Assembly: GCA_023404495.1 (NCBI GenBank)
Contig: JAEYBE010000026.1
Coordinates: 5,457-69,456, forward strand
DNA length: 64,000 nt
Origin: Actinomycetes bacterium
GTDB lineage: Bacteria > Actinomycetota > Thermoleophilia > Solirubrobacterales > JACPNS01
Reading direction: 5' to 3'
The notes beneath the pieces are model-generated. The model did not search any database. It worked only from the letters and a program-made list of their open reading frames with translations, and was not told the origin of the DNA. Within the stretch, counting starts at the first letter, position 1. Each line of letters starts with the position of its first letter. A program made the position numbers and the translations under genes. Of the stretch, positions 9,301-16,620 are shown in pieces.

Positions 9301-10836
9301 TCAGGCCAGTACGAACGCGCCCCCGCGCCGCGGATCGCCGCCGCCGGCGAGCTCACCACCGGGATCGCGCCCGACGGCCTGGCAGCCGCCGAAGAAGAGA
9401 TTGGCCCGGTCCCATTGAGCCACCGGCGTGCCGGCGAGCTGGATCGCCTCAAGAGCGAGTTCATCGATCCCGGGCTCTGCCTGAACCATCCCGTCCTCGA
9501 AGTGGACGCGCGGCGCACGCACCGCCTGGTCGATCTGCATACCGTGATCGATCACGTTGACGATCGTCTGCAGAACCGCCGAGCGAATGCGATTGGAGCC
9601 AGCCGAGCCGAGCACGATGCGCGGCGCGCCATCCTCGAGCACGACAGTCGGCGCCATCATCGAGGTCACGCGCTCACCGCCGCGATTGTTCTCTGCACCG
9701 AGCGGATTGAGATCCATCTCGCCGAGCATGTTGTTGAGCGAGATGCCGGTGCCGGGCACGATCACGCCGCTGCACGATCCGTTTGAACAGGTGCAAGAGA
9801 CCGCAAGCCCGTCGGCGTCAAGCACTGACACGTGGGTGGTCGATCCGAGCATGCTGGTCGGCAGCGCGCCGCCCCCGCTGATTCTGTCGTGCTCGCCGGT
9901 CAGCCACGAGCGTCCGGAGTCGAGGAACTCGTCCCAGAATCCCTCGCGCGCAAGACCCTCGACGAACTCACGGTCGCGTCCGCGGTTGGCGAAATCCATC
10001 GCATCGACCAGCTCTCGCGCCGACACGCGCTCGCCCTGGGCGAGGTGCACGAGGCTGTCGGCGATCAGCAGACCGCCAGACGACGGCGGCGGGTTCGTGA
10101 TCACGCGGCGACCGCGGTACTCGGTGGTGCCGGGGGTGCGGTCGATCACTTCGTAGGCCGCAAGATCTTCCGGGGTGATCGTTCCGCCGTTCTCGCAGAC
10201 GAACTCAGCCACCTTCTGCGCGACCTCGCCGCGATAGAACGGCTCCGGGCCGTCCTGTGCGAGCCGGTCGATCGCATCGCCGAACTCGGGAAGCAGCAGG
10301 AGCTCGCCGATCTGCGGCATGTTGCCGTCCGGCGCGTAGACTGCGCGCCCCTCAGGCCAGGCGGTGAGGATCGGCGTGAGGATCCGGTAGAGGAAGGCGT
10401 GGACCTCGCTCGTCGGCACACCCTTGCGGCTGAGCTCGATCGCGGGCTTTGCAAGCTCGGTCATCGGCATTGTGCCGAAGCGATCGAGCGCGCTCCAGAG
10501 ACCTGCCGCCGTGCCATAGACGCCGCAGGTGGCGGCGCCGCCGTTGAATTGCTGCAGCGCGCCGTCGAAATCGACCATGAACTCGACCTGTTCGGCCTCG
10601 GGCGCAACGCTCGCCGGCGAGCTGACGAAGAAGTCGAGCAGGTGGGACTCGCCCGCAGGCGTGTGGATCAGCATGAAGCCGCCGGCGCCGATGCCGGTCA
10701 GCGGCGATTCGGCGATGAATGAGGTGAGCACCGCGGCAATTGCGGCGTCGACGGCGTTGCCGCCTTCTCGCAAAGCGCGTGCGCCTGCCTCCGCGGTCAA
10801 TGTGTGACCGGCAGCGATAGCGCCCCGCGAAGTCAT
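9301..10836 (-). CDS. ggt: Gamma-glutamyltransferase family protein
   Basis: 511-aa ORF. GGT-type N-terminus (AIAAGHTLTAEAGARALREGGNAVDAAIA), GAGGFML, and the autoprocessing Thr in GSTTHVSVLD. I see no signal peptide. Confidence 0.85.
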   Translation of the reverse strand: MTSRGAIAAGHTLTAEAGARALREGGNAVDAAIAAVLTSFIAESPLTGIGAGGFMLIHTPAGESHLLDFFVSSPASVAPEAEQVEFMVDFDGALQQFNGGAATCGVYGTAAGLWSALDRFGTMPMTELAKPAIELSRKGVPTSEVHAFLYRILTPILTAWPEGRAVYAPDGNMPQIGELLLLPEFGDAIDRLAQDGPEPFYRGEVAQKVAEFVCENGGTITPEDLAAYEVIDRTPGTTEYRGRRVITNPPPSSGGLLIADSLVHLAQGERVSARELVDAMDFANRGRDREFVEGLAREGFWDEFLDSGRSWLTGEHDRISGGGALPTSMLGSTTHVSVLDADGLAVSCTCSNGSCSGVIVPGTGISLNNMLGEMDLNPLGAENNRGGERVTSMMAPTVVLEDGAPRIVLGSAGSNRIRSAVLQTIVNVIDHGMQIDQAVRAPRVHFEDGMVQAEPGIDELALEAIQLAGTPVAQWDRANLFFGGCQAVGRDPGGELAGGGDPRRGGAFVLA

Positions 10837-11258
10837 GCGAGGTCGAACCCGGGTGCCTCGACCGGGATGCCGATCGAGCTTGCGGATTCGATAAGCCGGC
10901 GGTCGTAGCTGACCAGCGAAGCCGCCCCAACCATCGTCGCGGTCGCGCAGTGGATGGCGTCGAGAGTGCGCAGAGATTCGCCACCGATTCGCCTTGCGAC
11001 CGCGATCGTCTCATACGAGATCGGGTATCCGGACACCCCTGCGAGTGCGTCGGACTCGGCGTCGCCCGGATACTCCACGTCCCCGACGGCGAGGCGCCGG
11101 CGCAGTGTGCGAGACACCTCAACCCACCCCAGCGTCGAAGTCACCAGTTCGTTCGCGCCAGTCGCAAGTTCAGCCAACCGCCGGCGCAGGGGCTCGGACT
11201 CGGGCTCGCTGAGAACCCGCTTCACGATCGCGCTCGAATCGAGATACACGATCCGCAC
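10833..11258 (-). CDS. vapC: PIN-domain ribonuclease toxin VapC
   Basis: 141-aa ORF with PIN acidic positions (IVYLDSSAIV, TLDAIH, SYDRRL). Its stop overlaps the ggt start as ATGA. Confidence 0.8.
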   Translation of the reverse strand: MRIVYLDSSAIVKRVLSEPESEPLRRRLAELATGANELVTSTLGWVEVSRTLRRRLAVGDVEYPGDAESDALAGVSGYPISYETIAVARRIGGESLRTLDAIHCATATMVGAASLVSYDRRLIESASSIGIPVEAPGFDLA

Positions 11259-11265
11259 GAGCCGG

Positions 11266-11526
11266 TCAGATCCGATCGTCGCGATCGAGCAGATCCAGCG
11301 AAGTCATTCCCTCGGGCATCGGAATGAGCTGTTCTTCCGGCACAGTCTCGAACGGCCGCTCAGGAGGAATCAGGCTGTCACGCCAATGCTCGCTGCGCTT
11401 CTCCTGCGGAGTCAGATACGCATCGACGGCAGCACGGATCACATCTTGCTGAGAACGACCGCTGCGCTCGGCCTCGGCCTTCACCGCCGCAGCCGCCTGC
11501 TGGCTGAGTCTCAGATTCGTGGCCAT
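11266..11526 (-). CDS. vapB: Ribbon-helix-helix antitoxin (VapB/CopG-like)
   Basis: ORF track 11266..11553 trimmed to ATG 11526 (MATNLRLSQQAAAAVKAEAERSGRSQQDVIRAAVDAYL). It ends 7 nt before vapC. Confidence 0.65.
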   Translation of the reverse strand: MATNLRLSQQAAAAVKAEAERSGRSQQDVIRAAVDAYLTPQEKRSEHWRDSLIPPERPFETVPEEQLIPMPEGMTSLDLLDRDDRI

Positions 11527-11563
11527 CCGGCAATGGTACCGATTTGGTACCAATCCTGCGGCG

Positions 11564-13102
11564 TCAGCCCCTGGGAACGAATTCCGGCACGTCCATGTCG
11601 GACAACGCCATCGATCCCGAGTCGCCCGAGCGTGAGACGCGTGGCTCGCGGTCGGCGCGAGTGGCCTCGATCAGCGCGCTCTGGCGCACGCCGCCCGCGA
11701 CCTGCTGGCCGCCGCCGCGCACCGTCTTCTGACGATGGTCGCCGTAGCGGGTCGCGATCACCGTCACCCACACCTGGTCGGTGAGGTTCGGGTCGACCAT
11801 CGCGCCGAAGATGATGTTGGCCTCCGGGTGCGCAGCCTCCTGGACGATCTTGGCGGCCTCGTTGACCTCCCAGAGGGAGAGATCCGGACCGCCGGTGATC
11901 GAAAGCAGAATCGCGCGCGCGCCCTCGATGCTGGTCTCAAGCAGCGGTGAGCTGACAGCCTGGTTGGCCGCCTCGACGCTTCGCACATCGGGGCTGCCGG
12001 CGCCCATACCGATGCCCAGCAGCGCCTGTCCGGCGTCGGACATGATCGTGCGCACGTCTGCGAAGTCAATGTTGATCAGGCCCGCGAGGGTGACGAGGTC
12101 GGAGATGCCCTGCACGCCCTGGCGCAAGACGTCGTCGGCGACGCCGAAGGCCTCGACCATCGAAGTGTTCTTGTCGAGGATCGCCAGCAGGCGGTCGTTC
12201 GGGACGACGATCAGCGTGTCGACCTCGTCGGCCAGCGCCTCGACGCCGAGCTGCGCGGCGCCCTTGCGGCGTGTGCCCTCGAATCCGAACGGCGTGGTCA
12301 CGATGCCGACGGTCAGCGCGTCGACTTCACGCGCGATCCGCGCAACGATCGGGGCCGCGCCCGTACCGGTGCCACCGCCGGCGCCGGCGGTGATGAAGAT
12401 CATGTCGCTGCCCTTGAGCACGCGCTTGATTGCGTCGTAGTCGGCGACCGCGGCGCGCGCGCCCTGCTCGGGGTCTGCGCCGGCACCGAGCCCACGTGTG
12501 ATGTCTGCGCCGATGTGCAGCTTGATGTCAGCCGCGCTGCCCTGGAGCGACTGCATGTCGGTGTTGATCGCGACGAACTCGACACCGGTAACACCAGCCT
12601 CGATCATCCTGTCAACCGCGTTGACGCCAGCCCCGCCGACGCCGACGACGCGCAGCTTGGGCGTGACAACGCCCTGGGGAGTTGCACTGAAAGCGGCTGC
12701 GCCGGGGTCGGGGATATTGCGCCCGTAGTGGGCGGCCGGAGGCTCGTCGGTGCTTCCGTCGATCACCTCTGCCGAGCCACGAGCCATGTCAAAGACCTTC
12801 TTCAGGCGCTCTTTGGCCGGCACGTCGCTGGCGACGGTGTTTGCCTCGCGCTCGGCCGCAGGTGTGCGAGGAGCCGGCGCTTCGAACGCCGGCTCGGGCT
12901 CTGAGGGCTGAGATTCTTGGATCGGCTGGGCCTGCGCGGCGGGCTCGGGCTCGGTCGCAGGGGCCGCTGCTTCGGCCTCGGGTGCCGCCGGCTGCTCCGC
13001 CTCGGGCTCGGTCTTGCGGAAGAGCGCGGCGAGTGGTCCTTCGCGCATGCTGGCCCGCTTGTTCACTACAGGCTTGCCCTGCTCTTCATTGTCACGTGCC
13101 AT
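11564..13102 (-). CDS. ftsZ: Cell-division GTPase FtsZ with an unusual ~148-aa N-terminal extension
   Basis: [20 protein letters not shown] signature [16 protein letters not shown]7 loop NIDFADV, and a conserved C-terminal peptide [11 protein letters not shown]. Start taken at ATG 13102 ([10 protein letters not shown]...); the ORF-track start 13162 lies inside parA. GC3 stays high through the extension. Confidence 0.9.
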   Translation of the reverse strand: MARDNEEQGKPVVNKRASMREGPLAALFRKTEPEAEQPAAPEAEAAAPATEPEPAAQAQPIQESQPSEPEPAFEAPAPRTPAAEREANTVASDVPAKERLKKVFDMARGSAEVIDGSTDEPPAAHYGRNIPDPGAAAFSATPQGVVTPKLRVVGVGGAGVNAVDRMIEAGVTGVEFVAINTDMQSLQGSAADIKLHIGADITRGLGAGADPEQGARAAVADYDAIKRVLKGSDMIFITAGAGGGTGTGAAPIVARIAREVDALTVGIVTTPFGFEGTRRKGAAQLGVEALADEVDTLIVVPNDRLLAILDKNTSMVEAFGVADDVLRQGVQGISDLVTLAGLINIDFADVRTIMSDAGQALLGIGMGAGSPDVRSVEAANQAVSSPLLETSIEGARAILLSITGGPDLSLWEVNEAAKIVQEAAHPEANIIFGAMVDPNLTDQVWVTVIATRYGDHRQKTVRGGGQQVAGGVRQSALIEATRADREPRVSRSGDSGSMALSDMDVPEFVPRG

Positions 13103-13877
13103 GGGCGATGACCTCCTGGGCCAGATCTCTGTAGGACTGCGCGGCGACGCCGTCGGGGTCATATTTGAGGACAGACATTCCCTTCACGGGAGCCTCGGCG
13201 AAACGGATCGTCTTCTTGATGCGAGAAGCGAACACGCGGTCTCCGAAGTTCTCCTCCAGCAGCTCGATCGCTTCCTTGGCGTGAAGCGTGCGCGAATCGA
13301 CGAGGGTCGGAAGGATTCCCTCGATGTCGACATCCGGATTCAGGTTCTCGCGGATCATCTCCAAGGTGTTCTGCAGCTGGATGAGGCCTCTCATCGAGAG
13401 GTACTCACACTGTACGGGCACAATAACTTTGTCAGCGGCGGTGAGAGCGTTGATCGTCAGCAGCCCGAGGCTCGGCGGGGTGTCGATGCAGATGAAGTCG
13501 TACTGGTCGCGCACCTCATCGAGCGCCTTGTCGAGCGCGCGCTCGCGGCCGATCTGCGTCGAAAGCGCCATCTCCGCGCCGGCGAGGTCGATCGAGGCTA
13601 CGGCGACGTCGATCTCCCGGTGGACGATGATCTGGCTGATCGGCACCTTGTTGACGAGCACGTCGTAGATCGACGTCTCGACCGTGTCCGGGTCCACGCC
13701 CTGCGACATCGTCAGGTTGCCCTGCGGGTCCATGTCGATGCAGAGGACCTTGTGGCCCTCTTCTGCGAACGCCGCAGACAGGTTGAGGGTCGTCGTCGTC
13801 TTGGCAACGCCGCCCTTCTGGTTGGCGAATGCGATGACCTTGGCCTTCTTGGTCTTCTTCTGCGGGGTGTCAGTCAT
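13092..13877 (-). CDS. ParA/Soj-family deviant Walker-A ATPase (orphan, no parB nearby)
   Basis: ORF track 13092..13946 trimmed to ATG 13877 ([37 protein letters not shown]...). Contains KGGxx[11 protein letters not shown] and [10 protein letters not shown]. The stop overlaps the ftsZ ATG by 11 nt. Confidence 0.85.
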   Translation of the reverse strand: MTDTPQKKTKKAKVIAFANQKGGVAKTTTTLNLSAAFAEEGHKVLCIDMDPQGNLTMSQGVDPDTVETSIYDVLVNKVPISQIIVHREIDVAVASIDLAGAEMALSTQIGRERALDKALDEVRDQYDFICIDTPPSLGLLTINALTAADKVIVPVQCEYLSMRGLIQLQNTLEMIRENLNPDVDIEGILPTLVDSRTLHAKEAIELLEENFGDRVFASRIKKTIRFAEAPVKGMSVLKYDPDGVAAQSYRDLAQEVIAHGT

Positions 13878-14057
13878 GGTGCGGCGATGCTCCTGGTGCG
13901 GAGGGCGTTGAAAAGTCGGATTGGAGACCCGGGAGGGGGTCTCCATGGGGGCCTTTTCGTAGCGAGCAGGTGTATTCCTGCACGAACGTCATGCTGGATT
14001 TCCGCTCTGAGAGCGGGATCGCAGGGTGATGATCTGATTCGGAGTAGCCTGCGCCGC

Positions 14058-15038
14058 ATGCCAGGACCGGCAACGCCAGCCCCAGCCAAGGATCTCTTCG
14101 AGCATCGATTGCTCTTCGTGACCGGCAAGGGCGGTGTCGGCAAGACCACGGTCGCTGCGGCGCTCGGGCTCGCCGCAGCGCGCCACGGACTGCGCACGAT
14201 CGTGTGCGAGCTCGACGCGCGTGAGCGCCTGCACAGCCTCTTCAACGTCTCAACGCGGGGATTCGAGGAGGTCGAGCTTGTGCCCGATCTCCACGCAATT
14301 GCGATCGATCCGCAGCACGCGATCGAGGAGTACCTGCTGCTGCAGATCAAGGTTCGGCCGGTCTACGACATGCTCTTCAAGAACCGCGTCTTCGACTACT
14401 TCGCAGCCGCCACGCCCGGGCTCGCGGAGCTGGTCACGATCGGCAAAGTCTGGGAGCTCGCCCAACCGGACCGCCTGAAGAAGAAGTCAGAGCCCTACGA
14501 CCTGGTGATCGTCGACGCACCGGCGACCGGCCACGCGCTGGCGATGCTCGAGGCACCGGAGACGTTCAAGAAGATCGCGCGCGTAGGCCCGATCCACCGT
14601 CAGGCGGGATACATCCAGTCGTTCCTGCACGATCCGGCGACCACCGCGATCATCGCCGTGGCGACAGCCGAAGAGATGCCAGTCAACGAGACCCTTGACC
14701 TGCGCGCCGAGCTTCGAGAACGTGTCGGTCTCGACATCTCACTAGCCGTGGTCAACGCGCTCGAGCCGGAGTTCTTCTCGGCCAAAGAGATCGCGCAGCT
14801 CAAGCAGCTCGACCACCTTGCCCCGCTTGACGCCGCGATCCTGCAGTCCGAGCGCCAGGTTCGCCAGGCAGGCCAGCACGCGCGGCTCGCCAAGGGGCTC
14901 GAACGGCCACTGGTTGATCTGCCGTTCCTCTACGAGAAGGCAATCGGCCGCGCCGAACTCAACACGCTGGCGGACAAGCTGACCGAGGACCTCGCAGAGC
15001 AGTTCGCCGGCATCGCGAAGCAGAAGGACGAGAGCTGA
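14058..15038 (+). CDS. ArsA/Get3-family P-loop ATPase (first of a pair)
   Basis: Only the C-terminal 326 codons of ORF 13014..15038 are credible (MPGPATPAPAKDLFEHRLLFVTGKGGVGKTTVAAALG...VIVDAPATGHAL). The upstream part is antisense to parA. Confidence 0.8.
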   Translation: MPGPATPAPAKDLFEHRLLFVTGKGGVGKTTVAAALGLAAARHGLRTIVCELDARERLHSLFNVSTRGFEEVELVPDLHAIAIDPQHAIEEYLLLQIKVRPVYDMLFKNRVFDYFAAATPGLAELVTIGKVWELAQPDRLKKKSEPYDLVIVDAPATGHALAMLEAPETFKKIARVGPIHRQAGYIQSFLHDPATTAIIAVATAEEMPVNETLDLRAELRERVGLDISLAVVNALEPEFFSAKEIAQLKQLDHLAPLDAAILQSERQVRQAGQHARLAKGLERPLVDLPFLYEKAIGRAELNTLADKLTEDLAEQFAGIAKQKDES

Positions 15039-16126
15039 TGGATCTCGCCTCGCAACTTCAGAATGTCGAGGTGGTCGTGTGCGCCGGGTCGGGCGGAGTC
15101 GGCAAGACGACCACGAGCGCCTCGATCGCGATCGGCATGGCGGCCCGTGGCTACAAAGTCGCCGTCCTCACGATCGACCCCGCAAAACGCCTGGCCGACT
15201 CGCTCGGCTTGTCGGAGCTTGGCACCGAGTTGCGCCAGGTAGACGCGAAACTCTTCAATCCGCAAGGCCTCGAACTGACCGGTGAACTCCACGCTGCGAT
15301 GCTCGACCCCAAGCGCACCTTCGACGAGCTGATCCTGCGCTACGCGCCAGACCGCGAGACCTACGAGAACATTCTCTCCAACCGGATCTACCAGGAGCTT
15401 TCAAACGCAATCGCCGGCTCCCAGGAGTACATGGCGATGGAGAAGTTGCTCGAGCTACATGAGAGCGGCGAGTTCGATCTGCTTGTGCTCGACACACCGC
15501 CCTCGCGCAACGCACTTGAGTTCCTCGACGCGCCAAAGCGCCTCGCGCGCTTCGTCGACGGGAGGGCACTGCGGGTCTTCCTGGCCCCCGGGCGCTTCGG
15601 CCTGAGGATCGCCGGGCGCGGCGGCAGCATGCTGTTCTCAGCCCTGACCAAGATCACCGGCGTCGACCTGCTCAACGACCTCTCCGAGTTCTTTGCCAAC
15701 TTCGCCGATATGGCATCCGGGTTCTCTGAGCGCGCCCAACGGGTGGACGCGCTGCTGCGCAGCGACCGATCAACCTTTCTCTTGATCTGCTCGCCCGAAA
15801 ACGAGCCGGTCGATGAGGCGATCTTCTTCCGCCGGCTGCTCAAGGAGCAGAAGCTCCCGTTCTGCGGCGCGATCGTCAACAAGGTGCGGCCGGATTACTA
15901 CCGCGCGAAGAAACAGCTACCGGATTCGATCGACCCCGAGCTCGCAGCGCGCATCATGGAGAACTACGACCGCCAACGCCTGCTCGGCGCGCGCGACGCC
16001 GAAAACATCGCGCGGCTTGAGAAGTCACTCTCGACCAACAACCTGATCGAAGTCCCGCTCTTCTCCGACGACATCCACGGCGTCGACGGGCTGGTGCACA
16101 TGGTGCGTCAGGTGTTTGGCAACTGA
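15038..16126 (+). CDS. ArsA/Get3-family P-loop ATPase (second of a pair)
   Basis: 362-aa ORF with VVVCAGSGGVGKTTTSASIA, LTIDPAKRL and LVLDTPPSRNALEFL. The start overlaps the upstream stop (TGATG). Confidence 0.8.
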   Translation: MDLASQLQNVEVVVCAGSGGVGKTTTSASIAIGMAARGYKVAVLTIDPAKRLADSLGLSELGTELRQVDAKLFNPQGLELTGELHAAMLDPKRTFDELILRYAPDRETYENILSNRIYQELSNAIAGSQEYMAMEKLLELHESGEFDLLVLDTPPSRNALEFLDAPKRLARFVDGRALRVFLAPGRFGLRIAGRGGSMLFSALTKITGVDLLNDLSEFFANFADMASGFSERAQRVDALLRSDRSTFLLICSPENEPVDEAIFFRRLLKEQKLPFCGAIVNKVRPDYYRAKKQLPDSIDPELAARIMENYDRQRLLGARDAENIARLEKSLSTNNLIEVPLFSDDIHGVDGLVHMVRQVFGN

Positions 16127-16620
16127 GCTTCCAGCGCGTCGCACCAGCGCCGGACCGTCTCGTGTTGGGCGCTCCATGCGACCCAGACGTTTTCCGCCCA
16201 GCGCCGCGCCAGCGCTACGTGCTCCTCAAAAGTCTCCCCGGCCAGCACATCCTGCGCGGTCATCGTGCCGATCGGTGTCGTCGGTTCAAACCAGGGAATG
16301 TGCAGTCCGCCGTGGGTCGAGCGCTCCATCACGGCGGTCGCGTAACGCTGCGGCGCATTGCGCTCAAGCATCATGCAGAGGCGGATCAGGTGCACGCCGA
16401 CCGACTGGCGTGCGCGCGGCACGTTCTCGCCGGGATGCTGGGCGGCGTAGGCGTCGACAATGAACTTGTGCTCCTCCGGCATCCCGAATTCGCCGTAGTC
16501 CTTCGCCAGCACGCGACCATAGACCGCCCAGCAGGCTGCGCTCGCACCGATGTACTCGTGCGTCGGACCGTCGTACTCGGGCAGGACGATTCCGCAGCCT
16601 GGGCAGGCGCTCTCAGACAC
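16108..16620 (-). CDS. Conserved hypothetical protein with an N-terminal CPGCG zinc-ribbon-like motif (DUF5946-like; family name from memory)
   Basis: 170-aa ORF with a GTG start (MSESACPGCGIVLPEYDGPTHEYIGASAACWAVYGRVLAKDYGE...VDAYAAQHPG). It overlaps the upstream gene's stop by 8 nt. Confidence 0.5.
   Translation of the reverse strand: MSESACPGCGIVLPEYDGPTHEYIGASAACWAVYGRVLAKDYGEFGMPEEHKFIVDAYAAQHPGENVPRARQSVGVHLIRLCMMLERNAPQRYATAVMERSTHGGLHIPWFEPTTPIGTMTAQDVLAGETFEEHVALARRWAENVWVAWSAQHETVRRWCDALEAQLPNT

Noticed and set aside
13014-14057. N-terminal 348 codons of the 674-aa ORF 13014..15038.
   Set aside because: This stretch is antisense to parA and the ftsZ 5' end and has no protein-like features. 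The ArsA-like homology begins only at MPGPATPAP (ATG 14058).
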